Shown here: positions 10,709-21,151 of the stretch, piece by piece
How the letters are laid out: each line of letters opens with the position of its first letter
Position numbering within the stretch: the stretch's first letter is position 1
Source: Shigella phage ESh24
Sequence record: ON528734
Length of the DNA stretch: 64,000 nt
Reading direction: 5' to 3' (one strand)
Made by a program: the position numbers and the translations under genes
Notes under the pieces: model-generated
Told to the model about the DNA's origin: nothing
What the model saw: only the letters and a program-made list of their open reading frames with translations
Database searches by the model: none

Positions 10709-11384
10709 TTTTATTATAGATTTTGAAACAATGGGAAGTGGTGAAAAAGCAGCTGTTATTGATTTGGCTGTTATTGCCTTTGACCCTAATCCAGAGGTAG
10801 TTGAAACATTTGATGAATTAGTTTCGCGCGGCATTAAAATCAAATTTGATTTAAAAAGCCAAAAAGGACATCGTCTTTTTACTAAAAGCACTATTGAATG
10901 GTGGAAAAATCAGTCTCCTGAAGCTCGAAAAAATATTGCACAATCAGATGAAGATGTAAGCACTATCGATGGTATTGTAAAATTTAATGATTACATCAAT
11001 GCACATAACATCGATCCCTGGAAATCTCAGGGTTGGTGCCGTGGAATGTCGTTTGATTTTCCAATTTTAGTCGATCTCATTCGCGATATTCAACGTCTTA
11101 ACGGCGTTTCCGAGAATGAGCTTGATACGTTTAAGTTAGAACCTTGTAAATTCTGGAATCAGCGTGATATTCGTACCAGAATTGAAGCACTTCTCCTTGT
11201 TCGTGATATGACCACGTGTCCTCTTCCAAAGGGAACTTTAGATGGATTCGTTGCGCATAATTCTATTCATGACTGTGCGAAAGACATTCTGATGATGAAG
11301 TATGCTTTGCGATATGCTATGGGTCTTGAAGATGCTCCATCAGAGGAAGAGTGCGATCCTCTGTCTCTTCCAACAAAACGATAA
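10701..11384 (+). CDS. dexA: exonuclease A (DnaQ-like 3'-5' exonuclease)
   Basis: 227 aa; N-terminal FIIDFETMG exo motif I. Confidence 0.8.
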   Translation: MFDFIIDFETMGSGEKAAVIDLAVIAFDPNPEVVETFDELVSRGIKIKFDLKSQKGHRLFTKSTIEWWKNQSPEARKNIAQSDEDVSTIDGIVKFNDYINAHNIDPWKSQGWCRGMSFDFPILVDLIRDIQRLNGVSENELDTFKLEPCKFWNQRDIRTRIEALLLVRDMTTCPLPKGTLDGFVAHNSIHDCAKDILMMKYALRYAMGLEDAPSEEECDPLSLPTKR

Positions 11385-11389
11385 AAAGT

Positions 11390-11419
11390 TGTTTACTTCC
11401 TCGGTTAGTTGTGGTATTA
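11390..11419 (+). promoter_or_regulatory. T4-type early promoter
   Basis: GTTTAC 11390-11395, TGGTATTAT 11411-11419. Confidence 0.55.
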
Positions 11420-11447
11420 TAACACCATAGCTACTGAGGATAATAAA

Positions 11448-11945
11448 ATGAAAATTTATCGTGTTGAATCATCGTTTAGTATTCTTGATTATGAAGATGC
11501 TATAACAATACGTCGAAATCTTTGTGTTCAAATAACGCCGTACAGGAGTATAATAGATTCATGGAGCGAAGAGTGGCTATTACACGTAGGTTATGACAGA
11601 CCTAATTTTATGCATCATAGCGATAATAAAAGAATTCCTTTACCACACGAAGATAAACTATTAGTTAAAAACGCTAATATAGTAATTAATACTAAGTTCA
11701 AGAAAGATTATGTTGGAGTAGAATATCATATTCCAGGATGGTTTATAGCTCTTTATCATTTTGCTTTCGCTAGTGAATATGATATGATGAGATGGTTCAC
11801 ACGAGAAGAGAGGGAAGAATTATCTTCTAAAGGATTTTATCTTGCTGTATACGAAGTTCCTGAAGATGAAGTTATCATTGGTGGGCACCAAGTAATGTTC
11901 CGCAAATCGCATGCTGAACTTGTAGATTTTATTGAAATGAGATAA
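11448..11945 (+). CDS. hypothetical protein
   Basis: 165 aa from ATG 11448 with RBS GAGGA. Confidence 0.5.
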   Translation: MKIYRVESSFSILDYEDAITIRRNLCVQITPYRSIIDSWSEEWLLHVGYDRPNFMHHSDNKRIPLPHEDKLLVKNANIVINTKFKKDYVGVEYHIPGWFIALYHFAFASEYDMMRWFTREEREELSSKGFYLAVYEVPEDEVIIGGHQVMFRKSHAELVDFIEMR

Positions 11946-11947
11946 TT

Positions 11948-12493
11948 ATGAAATTTAATTATAATCCTGAATGCATACCAAATCCGGTAGCTAAACTGAT
12001 TGATTTTGATGTTGTAAGCACTTATGTATGCCCTGTTAAACCACTGGAAATTAAGGAACCTACTATGACTACCGCTATTGAAATCGGCAAAACCTACAAA
12101 CTGGTTGAACCTAAAATTAAAACTAATGCCTTGATTTCTGGTCATAAAACTCTGACTGATGTTTTTGGCGAAGGCGAATTTATTGTTGAAGAATTTGCCA
12201 AAAGTGAGTGGTTTAACAAATCTTACGTCATCCACGGTCGCCGGTTAGATAATAACAAAATAAAGAAAAACCTGGTTTATGAAGATGAGTTCATCCTGTT
12301 CCAAGAAGTTGAAGAACAAGACCCTACAGACCTGTTGTGTGCTGCTGTGTCTATCCGTCGTCCTTTTGATAATCCTATCTGTGGTTGGGTAACAGACCAG
12401 TGGATTGAAGATGGTGTTGAGCTTCTGAACGTTGTCCATGCAGGAGATTTTAGTGTAGTACCTCGTAGTGCGGTGGTAGCTATTTTGAATTAA
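11948..12493 (+). CDS. hypothetical protein, paralog of the following MotB-like ORF
   Basis: 181 aa; C-terminal block CGWVTDQWIEDGVELLNVV resembles CGYITDQWVEDGVKLYNVV of next ORF. Confidence 0.5.
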   Translation: MKFNYNPECIPNPVAKLIDFDVVSTYVCPVKPLEIKEPTMTTAIEIGKTYKLVEPKIKTNALISGHKTLTDVFGEGEFIVEEFAKSEWFNKSYVIHGRRLDNNKIKKNLVYEDEFILFQEVEEQDPTDLLCAAVSIRRPFDNPICGWVTDQWIEDGVELLNVVHAGDFSVVPRSAVVAILN

Positions 12494-12570
12494 TAGTTTA
12501 CAAACTCTTGGGACCAGAGTATAATGGTCCTGTGGAGTATAAAAATCTTTTTAACAAGTGAGAGATAACT

Positions 12571-13059
12571 ATGATTATTAATATTGGTGAAATTGCTCGT
12601 GTATCTGATAAATCCCGTTCTAAAGCAGCAGGAAAATTGGTCGAAATTGTAAGCATTCAGCTTAAACACGGCGTTAAAGATGAAGATTCTGAAGTAAAAG
12701 TGCGTATCATTCCTAAAGATGGAAAGTCTAAACCTCAGTTTGGTTATGTTCGTGCGAAATTTCTTGAATCTGCGTTTTTGAAAGCTGTTCCCGCTAAAGG
12801 AATTGAAACGATTGATACTTCGCATGTAGGTGTAGACTTTAAGTGGAAACTCGGTCAAGCTATTAAGTTCATTGCTCCTTGTGAATTTAAATTTATCAAA
12901 GATGATGGAAAGGCTGCTTATACTCGCGCTATGTGTGGATACATTACCGATCAATGGGTAGAAGATGGCGTTAAGTTGTACAACGTGGTATTTTTAGGAA
13001 CATACAAAGTCATTCCTGAAAGTTGGATTAAACACTATAGCAATGCTCTCTATGCATAA
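12571..13059 (+). CDS. motB: MotB-like protein
   Basis: 162 aa, length and position consistent with T4 motB. Confidence 0.5.
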   Translation: MIINIGEIARVSDKSRSKAAGKLVEIVSIQLKHGVKDEDSEVKVRIIPKDGKSKPQFGYVRAKFLESAFLKAVPAKGIETIDTSHVGVDFKWKLGQAIKFIAPCEFKFIKDDGKAAYTRAMCGYITDQWVEDGVKLYNVVFLGTYKVIPESWIKHYSNALYA

Positions 13060-13231
13060 AGTTTAAAATTTTTTCATAAAACTATATACATCAGTAGTTG
13101 ATTATGGTACTATATCAATATCAACTACTGATATAGAAAACAACTTGGAGAATAAAATGGATAATTCGTTAAAGGTGCTGATACTCTTCTGAAACGCATC
13201 GCTCCAATGTTCAATTAATGAGGAAATTGTA

Positions 13232-13447
13232 ATGAAACGTAAAATTGTTCAGAACTGCACTAATGACGAATTTGAAGATGTATTATTTGATCCAGATTTG
13301 GTAGTGGTTCAAAAGGAACACACTATTAAGTTTACTCACTTGACTTCTGTTTATGTGTATGAGAAAGTCGGTGATAAACAGCCAATTTACGGTGTATTTC
13401 GTGAAATTACTGAAGACGGCACAACTTACTGGAAGGAAATTTATTAA
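13232..13447 (+). CDS. cef: Cef-like protein (modifier of suppressor tRNA processing)
   Basis: 71 aa, position between motB and goF-like ORF. Confidence 0.45.
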   Translation: MKRKIVQNCTNDEFEDVLFDPDLVVVQKEHTIKFTHLTSVYVYEKVGDKQPIYGVFREITEDGTTYWKEIY

Positions 13448-13866
13448 TGGCTATTAAATTTGAAGTTAATAAATGGTATCAATTTAAAAATAAACAAGCT
13501 CAAGAAAATTTTATTAAAGACCATACTGATAACGGAATCTATGCACGACGTTTAGGTATGGAGCCTTTTAAAATTTTAGATGCTGATTATCTTGGGCGTC
13601 CTACTAAAATTATGACATCTATAGGTGTACTCAAACGTTGTGCCGGCGGTGATATCCTTGACGAAAACTTTATCTGGCTCTCTACTAACGAAGCTGGGTT
13701 CTTTGATGAAGTTGAAAATCCATATCAGGCTGCTGAAGAACAAGAGCAGGAAGAGCAAGAACAAATAGAAGATTTCATAGAATTCCCGGTAATGAAAGTT
13801 ACTATTGAAAATAATGAACAAGCATGGTCCTTGTATCAGATGTTGAAAGCTCACTTTAAGGAATAA
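13447..13866 (+). CDS. hypothetical acidic protein (goF/comC-alpha position)
   Basis: 139 aa with [10 protein letters not shown] acidic tract. Confidence 0.4.
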   Translation: MAIKFEVNKWYQFKNKQAQENFIKDHTDNGIYARRLGMEPFKILDADYLGRPTKIMTSIGVLKRCAGGDILDENFIWLSTNEAGFFDEVENPYQAAEEQEQEEQEQIEDFIEFPVMKVTIENNEQAWSLYQMLKAHFKE

Positions 13867-13868
13867 TT

Positions 13869-14045
13869 ATGCCAATGTATGATTATAAATGCCAATCCGA
13901 AGATTGCGGGCATGAATATGAAAAAATTAAAAAGATTTCTGAACGAGAAAATGATGTTTGCCCTAAATGTCATCGTTTGTCTACTCGTCGGCCTTCTGCT
14001 CCTAAGCATGTGAATGGTGGTTTTTACGACTTACTTAAAGGGTGA
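13869..14045 (+). CDS. zinc-ribbon small protein
   Basis: 58 aa with CxxC...CxxC (CQSEDC ... CPKC); below track cutoff. Confidence 0.4.
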   Translation: MPMYDYKCQSEDCGHEYEKIKKISERENDVCPKCHRLSTRRPSAPKHVNGGFYDLLKG

Positions 14046-14047
14046 TT

Positions 14048-14419
14048 ATGTTTAAAATCGGTAAGAAATATCGTATTCGCGAAGGCGAAGAAAAGAAATA
14101 TCTAATGTCTGCTATTTATAGGAATGGTTCTATTAATGCTGTAATATCTACAAGCGAATTTATCGTTGAAGATATGAAAGGTAATAATGTTACAATGATT
14201 AGTACAGCATCTGGAAATGATGGAAAAATTCTTCACAGTTTTCAGAGTAATGTTCTAATTTATGATGAAGAATTTGACTTCTTCGAAGAAGTTCCTGAAG
14301 ATTTTGATTTTGAATGCACCATCACTATGAAATCTGGTGACCCTCTTTCTTTTACAGTTAAAGATGAAAGAAGCCGTTTAAGAATTATTAGTCTCCTTCA
14401 AGCCATTAAATTTGAGTGA
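14048..14419 (+). CDS. hypothetical protein
   Basis: 124 aa from ATG 14048. Confidence 0.5.
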   Translation: MFKIGKKYRIREGEEKKYLMSAIYRNGSINAVISTSEFIVEDMKGNNVTMISTASGNDGKILHSFQSNVLIYDEEFDFFEEVPEDFDFECTITMKSGDPLSFTVKDERSRLRIISLLQAIKFE

Positions 14420-14423
14420 AATT

Positions 14424-14684
14424 ATGAAATATGTTAATCGTTCTATCGCGGCATTAGTATTAGCAGTATCTTTAGTAGGATGTACTGATGCTGATAATGC
14501 AACCAAAGTTTTGTCTTCAAGTGGTTTTACTAATATTGAAATCACTGGATACAATTGGTTCGGTTGTTCTGAAAATGATTTCCAACATACTGGATTTCGT
14601 GCTATTGGACCTACTGGGCAGAAAGTAGAAGGAACAGTATGTTCTGGTCTGTTCTTTAAGGATTCAACTATTCGTTTTAAATAA
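14424..14684 (+). CDS. putative lipoprotein
   Basis: signal peptide plus lipobox LVGC. Confidence 0.5.
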   Translation: MKYVNRSIAALVLAVSLVGCTDADNATKVLSSSGFTNIEITGYNWFGCSENDFQHTGFRAIGPTGQKVEGTVCSGLFFKDSTIRFK

Positions 14685-14703
14685 AAGGCCTTCGGGCCTT
14701 TAG
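14685..14703 (+). terminator. intrinsic terminator hairpin
   Basis: AAGGCCTTCGGGCCTT + T. Confidence 0.6.
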
Positions 14704-14726
14704 CTTTATGATTACCGGAGTATAAT
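14700..14726 (+). promoter_or_regulatory. candidate MotA-dependent middle promoter for gene 39
   Basis: Mot-box-like AGCTTTA 12 bp upstream of TATAAT. Confidence 0.4.
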
Positions 14727-14753
14727 ATTCCCGAAACCAAACGAGGATAAGTG

Positions 14754-16571
14754 ATGATTAAGAATGAAATTAAAATTCTGAGCGATATTGAACATATCAA
14801 AAAGCGTAGTGGCATGTATATTGGCTCTTCTGCTAATGAAATGCATGAGCGCTTTCTGTTTGGTAAATGGGAAAGTGTTCAGTATGTACCTGGTCTTGTT
14901 AAGCTTATTGATGAAATTATCGATAACTCAGTAGATGAAGGTATTCGTACTAAGTTTAAATTCGCGAATAAAATTAATGTTACCATTAAAAATAATCAGG
15001 TAACAGTTGAAGATAACGGTCGCGGTATTCCACAAGCGATGGTTAAAACACCTACCGGTGAAGAAATTCCTGGTCCAGTTGCTGCTTGGACTATTCCAAA
15101 AGCAGGTGGTAACTTTGGCGATGATAAAGAACGTGTCACCGGTGGTATGAATGGTGTTGGTTCTAGTTTGACAAACATTTTTTCTGTGATGTTTGTCGGT
15201 GAAACTGGCGATGGTCAAAATAATATTGTAGTTCGTTGTTCAAATGGCATGGAAAATAAATCATGGGAAGATATTCCTGGAAAATGGAAAGGAACTCGTG
15301 TTACTTTCATTCCAGATTTTATGTCATTTGAAACTAATGAGCTGTCCCAAGTTTATCTTGACATTACACTGGATCGTCTCCAGACGCTTGCTGTAGTTTA
15401 TCCTGATATTCAATTTACCTTTAATGGTAAAAAGGTTCAGGGCAATTTTAAGAAATATGCACGACAGTATGATGAGCATGCTATTGTTCAAGAACAAGAA
15501 AATTGTTCTATTGCGGTTGGTCGTTCACCGGATGGATTTCGTCAATTAACTTACGTGAATAACATTCATACTAAGAATGGTGGCCATCACATTGATTGTG
15601 TTATGGATGATATTTGTGAAGACCTTATTCCACAAATCAAACGTAAGTTCAAAATTGATGTCACTAAAGCACGTGTCAAAGAATGTTTGACTATCGTTAT
15701 GTTTGTCCGTGATATGAAAAACATGCGATTTGACTCTCAAACTAAAGAACGACTTACTTCTCCATTTGGCGAAATTCGTAGTCATATTCAACTTGATGCT
15801 AAAAAGATTTCACGTGCTATTTTAAATAATGAAGCAATTTTAATGCCAATTATTGAAGCTGCTTTGGCTCGTAAATTGGCGGCAGAAAAAGCAGCAGAAA
15901 CTAAAGCAGCTAAAAAGGCTTCTAAAGCTAAAGTTCATAAACATATTAAAGCGAATCTTTGTGGTAAAGATGCTGACACTACATTGTTCTTAACCGAGGG
16001 TGATTCAGCTATCGGATATCTTATTGATGTTCGCGATAAAGAACTTCATGGCGGTTATCCATTGCGTGGTAAAGTTCTTAATAGCTGGGGTATGTCATAT
16101 GCCGATATGCTTAAAAACAAAGAACTATTTGATATTTGCGCAATCACTGGATTGGTTCTTGGTGAAAAAGCTGAAAACTTGAATTATCATAATATTGCTA
16201 TTATGACCGATGCTGACCATGATGGTCTAGGAAGCATTTATCCTTCTCTTCTTGGATTTTTTAGTAATTGGCCAGAACTGTTTGAGCAAGGAAGAATTCG
16301 CTTTGTCAAAACTCCTGTAATCATCGCTCAGGTCGGTAAAAAACAAGAATGGTTTTATACAGTCGCTGAATATGAGAGTGCCAAAGATGCTCTACCTAAA
16401 CATAGCATCCGTTATATTAAGGGACTTGGCTCTTTGGAAAAATCTGAATATCGTGAGATGATTCAGAACCCAGTATATGATGTTGTTAAACTTCCTGAGA
16501 ACTGGAAAGAGCTTTTTGAAATGCTCATGGGAGATAATGCTGACCTTCGTAAAGAATGGATGAGCCAGTAG
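14754..16571 (+). CDS. 39: DNA topoisomerase II large subunit gp39, fused form (ATPase plus Toprim region; no separate gene 60)
   Basis: 605 aa continuous ORF with GyrB-like ATPase motifs and Toprim region; T4 has split 39+60. Confidence 0.9.
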   Translation: MIKNEIKILSDIEHIKKRSGMYIGSSANEMHERFLFGKWESVQYVPGLVKLIDEIIDNSVDEGIRTKFKFANKINVTIKNNQVTVEDNGRGIPQAMVKTPTGEEIPGPVAAWTIPKAGGNFGDDKERVTGGMNGVGSSLTNIFSVMFVGETGDGQNNIVVRCSNGMENKSWEDIPGKWKGTRVTFIPDFMSFETNELSQVYLDITLDRLQTLAVVYPDIQFTFNGKKVQGNFKKYARQYDEHAIVQEQENCSIAVGRSPDGFRQLTYVNNIHTKNGGHHIDCVMDDICEDLIPQIKRKFKIDVTKARVKECLTIVMFVRDMKNMRFDSQTKERLTSPFGEIRSHIQLDAKKISRAILNNEAILMPIIEAALARKLAAEKAAETKAAKKASKAKVHKHIKANLCGKDADTTLFLTEGDSAIGYLIDVRDKELHGGYPLRGKVLNSWGMSYADMLKNKELFDICAITGLVLGEKAENLNYHNIAIMTDADHDGLGSIYPSLLGFFSNWPELFEQGRIRFVKTPVIIAQVGKKQEWFYTVAEYESAKDALPKHSIRYIKGLGSLEKSEYREMIQNPVYDVVKLPENWKELFEMLMGDNADLRKEWMSQ

Positions 16572-16600
16572 TTTACTTTACCACAAGGATGTGGTATAAT
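16571..16600 (+). promoter_or_regulatory. T4-type early promoter
   Basis: GTTTAC 16571-16576, TGGTATAAT 16592-16600. Confidence 0.55.
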
Positions 16601-16626
16601 TAATTTGGGCAAATGAGGATATTGAA

Positions 16627-16830
16627 ATGAAATCATATAAAGTAAATTTAGAACTTTTTGATAAAGCAGTTCATCGAGAATATAGAATCATTCAACGCTT
16701 TTTCGATATGGGAGAAGCCGAAGAATTTAAAAACCGCTTTAAAGATATTAGAGATAAAATTCAATCCGACACCGCAACTAAAGATGAATTACTAGAAGTT
16801 GCTGAAGTTATTAAGCGTAATATGAATTAA
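16627..16830 (+). CDS. hypothetical protein (rIIA.1 position)
   Basis: 67-aa ORF. Confidence 0.45.
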   Translation: MKSYKVNLELFDKAVHREYRIIQRFFDMGEAEEFKNRFKDIRDKIQSDTATKDELLEVAEVIKRNMN

Positions 16831-16840
16831 TGAGGAAATT

Positions 16841-19018
16841 ATGATTATCACCACTGAAAAAGAAACAATTCTTGGTAATGGTTCTAAATCAAAAGCATTT
16901 AGCATCACAGCATCTCCTAAAGTATTTAAAATTCTGTCATCTGATTTATATACAAACAAAATTCGCGCAGTAGTCCGTGAATTGATTACCAACATGATTG
17001 ATGCCCATGCTCTCAATGGAAATCCTGAAAAATTTATCATTCAAGTTCCTGGACGTTTAGATCCACGATTTGTTTGCCGAGATTTTGGTCCAGGTATGAG
17101 TGATTTTGATATTCAGGGTGATGATAATTCTCCTGGTTTGTATAATTCATACTTCAGTTCATCTAAGGCTGAATCTAACGATTTCATTGGCGGATTTGGT
17201 TTAGGTTCTAAATCTCCGTTTAGTTATACTGATACATTTAGTATTACTTCATATCATAAAGGCGAAATTCGTGGTTATGTAGCTTACATGGATGGTGATG
17301 GTCCGCAAATTAAACCTACATTCGTAAAAGAAATGGGTCCAGACGATAAAACTGGTATTGAAATCGTAGTTCCAGTTGAAGAAAAAGATTTTAGAAACTT
17401 TGCTTATGAAGTTTCTTATATCATGCGACCATTCAAAGATTTGGCTATCATTAATGGCCTTGACCGCGAAATTGATTATTTTCCGGATTTTGATGACTAT
17501 TACGGTGTAAATCCAGAAAGATACTGGCCTGATCGCGGCGGATTATATGCTATCTATGGCGGTATTGTTTATCCTATCGATGGTGTTATTAGAGACCGTA
17601 ATTGGCTAAGCATTCGCAATGAAGTGAATTACATTAAGTTTCCAATGGGTTCACTGGATATTGCTCCATCACGCGAAGCTCTTTCACTGGACGATCGCAC
17701 TCGCAAAAATATTATTGAACGAGTTAAAGAGCTTAGTGAAAAGGCATTCAATGAAGATGTAAAACGATTTAAAGAATCTACATCTCCTCGTCACACATAT
17801 CGTGAATTGATGAAGATGGGGTATTCTGCTCGAGATTATATGATTAGTAATTCGGTCAAATTCACGACTAAAAATCTGTCATATAAAAAGATGCAGAGCA
17901 TGTTTGAACCTGACAGTAAGTTATGTAATGCAGGAGTTGTGTATGAAGTAAATCTTGACCCTCGACTGAAACGCATTAAGCAAAGTCATGAAACTTCAGC
18001 CGTTGCATCAAGTTATCGTCTGTTTGGTATTAATACAACAAAAATTAATATCGTTATTGATAATATTAAAAATCGTGTTAATATTGTCCGTGGATTAGCA
18101 CATGCGCTAGATGATAGTGAATTTAATAACACTTTAAATATTCATCACAATGAGCGTCTTCTGTTTATTAATCCGGAAGTAGAATCGCAGATTGATTTAC
18201 TACCTGATATTATGGCAATGTTTGAAAGTGATGAAGTTAACATTCATTATTTGTCAGAAATTGAAGCTTTAGTTAAAAGCTATATTCCAAAGGTAGTTAA
18301 AAGTAAAGCTCCTCGTCCTAAAGCTGCTACAGCATTTAAGTTTGAAATTAAAGATGGGCGTTGGGAAAAAGAGGAATTATTTACACTTACGTCAGAAGCA
18401 GATGAAATTACTGGTTATGTAGCGTATATGCATCGTTCTGATATTTTCTCTATGGATGGTACTACATCACTTTGTCATCCATCTATGAATATTTTGATTC
18501 GTATGGCTAATCTTATTGGTATTAATGAATTTTATGTTATTCGTCCGCTTTTGCAGAAAAAGGTAAAAGAGCTTGGTCAGTGCCAATGTATTTTTGAAGC
18601 TTTACGTGATTTATATGTAGATGCTTTTGATGATGTAGATTATGATAAGTATGTAGGTTATTCAAGTTCAGCTCAACGATATATTGATAAAATTATCAAG
18701 TATCCTGAACTAGATTTTATGATGAAGTACTTCAGTACAGATGAAGTTTCTGAAGAATATACACGACTTGGTAATATGGTTAGTTCATTACGCGGTGTGT
18801 ATTTTAATGGTGGAAAAGATACCATCGGTCATGATATCTGGACAGTAACTAATCTCTTTGATGAATTATCACGTAATGCTTCAAAAAATAGTGATAAAAT
18901 GGTTGCTGAGTTTACCAAGAAATTCCGTATTGTTTCTGACTTCATCGGTTATCGCAGCTCTTTAAGTGATGATGAAGTTTCCCAAATCGCTAAAACTATG
19001 AAGGCCCTTGCGGCCTAA
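16841..19018 (+). CDS. rIIA: rIIA protein (lysis inhibition / Rex exclusion determinant)
   Basis: 725 aa, exact T4 rIIA length, followed by rIIB. Confidence 0.9.
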   Translation: MIITTEKETILGNGSKSKAFSITASPKVFKILSSDLYTNKIRAVVRELITNMIDAHALNGNPEKFIIQVPGRLDPRFVCRDFGPGMSDFDIQGDDNSPGLYNSYFSSSKAESNDFIGGFGLGSKSPFSYTDTFSITSYHKGEIRGYVAYMDGDGPQIKPTFVKEMGPDDKTGIEIVVPVEEKDFRNFAYEVSYIMRPFKDLAIINGLDREIDYFPDFDDYYGVNPERYWPDRGGLYAIYGGIVYPIDGVIRDRNWLSIRNEVNYIKFPMGSLDIAPSREALSLDDRTRKNIIERVKELSEKAFNEDVKRFKESTSPRHTYRELMKMGYSARDYMISNSVKFTTKNLSYKKMQSMFEPDSKLCNAGVVYEVNLDPRLKRIKQSHETSAVASSYRLFGINTTKINIVIDNIKNRVNIVRGLAHALDDSEFNNTLNIHHNERLLFINPEVESQIDLLPDIMAMFESDEVNIHYLSEIEALVKSYIPKVVKSKAPRPKAATAFKFEIKDGRWEKEELFTLTSEADEITGYVAYMHRSDIFSMDGTTSLCHPSMNILIRMANLIGINEFYVIRPLLQKKVKELGQCQCIFEALRDLYVDAFDDVDYDKYVGYSSSAQRYIDKIIKYPELDFMMKYFSTDEVSEEYTRLGNMVSSLRGVYFNGGKDTIGHDIWTVTNLFDELSRNASKNSDKMVAEFTKKFRIVSDFIGYRSSLSDDEVSQIAKTMKALAA

Positions 19019-19029
19019 TAAGGAAAATT

Positions 19030-19968
19030 ATGTACAATATTAAATGCCTGACCAAAAACGAACAAGCTGAAATTGTTAAATTGTATTCAAGCGGTAATTA
19101 CACCCAACAGGAATTGGCTGATTGGCAAGGTGTATCGGTTGATACAATCCGTCGTGTTTTGAAAAATGCTGAAGAAGTTAAACGCTCTAAAGTTACTATT
19201 AGCGGTGATATTACAGTTAAAGTTAATAGTGATGTAGTTATTGCTCCAGTTGCTAAATCTGACATTATTTGGAATGCATCTAAAAAATTCATTTCGATTA
19301 CTGTTGACGGTGTAACTTATAACGCAACTCCTAATACTCATTCAAACTTCCAGGAAATTCTCAATCTGCTTGTAGCGGATAAGCTGGAAGAAGCGGCACA
19401 AAAAATTAATGTTCGTCGCGCTGTTGAAAAATATATTTCCGGCGATGTTCGAATTGAAGGTGGAAGCTTGTTCTATCAAAATATTGAATTGCGGTCTGGT
19501 TTGGTTGATCGTATTCTTGACTCGATGGAAAAAGGCGAAAACTTTGAATTTTATTTTCCGTTCTTGGAAAATCTGCTGGAAAACCCAAGCCAAAAAGCGG
19601 TATCTCGACTCTTTGATTTCTTGGTAGCAAACGATATTGAAATTACAGAAGATGGTTACTTCTATGCTTGGAAAGTAGTTCGCAGCAATTACTTTGACTG
19701 TCACTCAAATACCTTTGATAACAGTCCGGGTAAAGTAGTTAAAATGCCGCGTACTCGCGTGAATGACGATGATACACAAACTTGTTCTCGTGGTCTGCAT
19801 GTGTGTTCTAAATCTTATATTCGTCACTTCGGTGGTTCAACCAGCCGAGTTGTAAAAGTTAAAGTTCATCCTCGCGATGTAGTATCAATTCCGATTGATT
19901 ACAACGATGCTAAAATGCGTACCTGCCAATACGAAGTAGTTGAAGACGTTACTGAACAATTTAAATAA
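19030..19968 (+). CDS. rIIB: rIIB protein
   Basis: 312 aa, T4 rIIB length. Confidence 0.9.
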   Translation: MYNIKCLTKNEQAEIVKLYSSGNYTQQELADWQGVSVDTIRRVLKNAEEVKRSKVTISGDITVKVNSDVVIAPVAKSDIIWNASKKFISITVDGVTYNATPNTHSNFQEILNLLVADKLEEAAQKINVRRAVEKYISGDVRIEGGSLFYQNIELRSGLVDRILDSMEKGENFEFYFPFLENLLENPSQKAVSRLFDFLVANDIEITEDGYFYAWKVVRSNYFDCHSNTFDNSPGKVVKMPRTRVNDDDTQTCSRGLHVCSKSYIRHFGGSTSRVVKVKVHPRDVVSIPIDYNDAKMRTCQYEVVEDVTEQFK

Positions 19969-19981
19969 GGGCTTCGGCCCT
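19967..19981 (+). terminator. terminator-like UUCG hairpin after rIIB
   Basis: AGGGCTTCGGCCCTT. Confidence 0.55.
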
Positions 19982-19996
19982 TAACTAAGGAAAATT

Positions 19997-20191
19997 ATGT
20001 TAGGTTATCAAGCACGAGTAAAAGAAGAATACGATCAATTAATGCTCAAAATTAATGCACTGAGCAAATTTTTAGAAAGCGCAAAGTTTCTAACGGTTAG
20101 TGCAGTTGAGCAAGAACTTCTACTTTCACAGTTCATCTCAATGAAATCTTACGCAGAGTGTTTAGAAAAAAGAATTGCACAATTCAAATAA
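19997..20191 (+). CDS. hypothetical coiled-coil small protein
   Basis: 64-aa ORF bracketed by two GGGCTTCGGCCC hairpins. Confidence 0.4.
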   Translation: MLGYQARVKEEYDQLMLKINALSKFLESAKFLTVSAVEQELLLSQFISMKSYAECLEKRIAQFK

Positions 20192-20195
20192 AATA

Positions 20196-20218
20196 AGGGG
20201 CTTCGGCCCTTTTGTTTT
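20196..20218 (+). terminator. intrinsic terminator hairpin
   Basis: GGGGCTTCGGCCC + TTTTGTTTT. Confidence 0.6.
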
Positions 20219-20255
20219 AAGAGAAATTATGATTCCGACATAAAGGAAAGTTTAA

Positions 20256-20813
20256 ATGCAGAAAACAAATCCGGGTTTGCAGAGACTATTTCAGATTCCG
20301 ACATTTACCCTATCGAACAGTGACTTGACTAGTGAAATGAAGGTCAAAATTGCTGATACAGCAAGATACTCTTTAAAACAAAATCCAAATCAGGATAAGG
20401 CAGAAGTTATCGAAAGATGCCGTATCGCTGTGTACGCAGAGTTTTTTGTGGCAGATTGGCTAAGCGGATATGTCAATAAAGGCCAAGAAGATGTCGATGA
20501 TCCGTACACATATGCATGGGATGTTTTAGCACATCCAAAATACTGTGGGCTCCGTGTAGAAGTTAAGACACATCAAACTGACTCGCGTTGGATTTCGGTA
20601 ACAACGGGATGCAGCGGAGAGTATCCATATGGTTCTGGAATAAATCTAGGGCCCATTCTAAATCATCAAGTCGCTGACTGTATAATTATATTCAACACTA
20701 AAGAAATTCATCCAGGTGTCATCCAGTACACTCCGAAGTTCATCGGTGATAGAGAAGACCTTCGTAAGGTTGTAAGAAAAAGCAACTACAACGGATGGTA
20801 TCTTTCCATTTAA
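20256..20813 (+). CDS. denB: endonuclease IV DenB
   Basis: 185 aa, matches T4 denB length and position next to rIIB. Confidence 0.8.
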   Translation: MQKTNPGLQRLFQIPTFTLSNSDLTSEMKVKIADTARYSLKQNPNQDKAEVIERCRIAVYAEFFVADWLSGYVNKGQEDVDDPYTYAWDVLAHPKYCGLRVEVKTHQTDSRWISVTTGCSGEYPYGSGINLGPILNHQVADCIIIFNTKEIHPGVIQYTPKFIGDREDLRKVVRKSNYNGWYLSI

Positions 20814-20829
20814 AAAATTTCACAAAACG

Positions 20830-20859
20830 GTTTACATACCACAAGGACCGTGGTACTAT
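20830..20859 (+). promoter_or_regulatory. T4-type early promoter with conserved leader cassette
   Basis: GTTTAC 20830-20835, TGGTACTAT 20851-20859, then TATCAACTACGGAGGA RBS. Confidence 0.55.
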
Positions 20860-20887
20860 ACAATTATCAACTACGGAGGAGCGGAAA

Positions 20888-21151
20888 ATGAAATTTAAAT
20901 TTTATTACGCTAAACATAAAATAACTGATGAATTCGTGTCAGTTGAATATTCTAGCGATGATGAAGGTATGATTTATACTCGCTTAGGATTATCGCATTG
21001 GGAGTCTGATACGCCTTATTTTTCAACTCCCGAAGAAATTACACGCTTAGTTAATGGTCATATGAATGACCACTGGGATGTAATTCTTTCAGATAGTCTT
21101 AAAGCGGCTATTAATAGTAATGAAATGAAAATTGCTGAGATTGAACTATGA
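20888..21151 (+). CDS. hypothetical protein (ndd.x position)
   Basis: 87 aa from ATG 20888 after GGAGGAG. Confidence 0.4.
   Translation: MKFKFYYAKHKITDEFVSVEYSSDDEGMIYTRLGLSHWESDTPYFSTPEEITRLVNGHMNDHWDVILSDSLKAAINSNEMKIAEIEL

Noticed and set aside
14754-16571. Gene 60-type 50-nt translational bypass (hop) element
   Set aside because: Looked for because T4 has it; here gene 39 is one uninterrupted frame with no take-off/landing GGA pair and no intervening stop.
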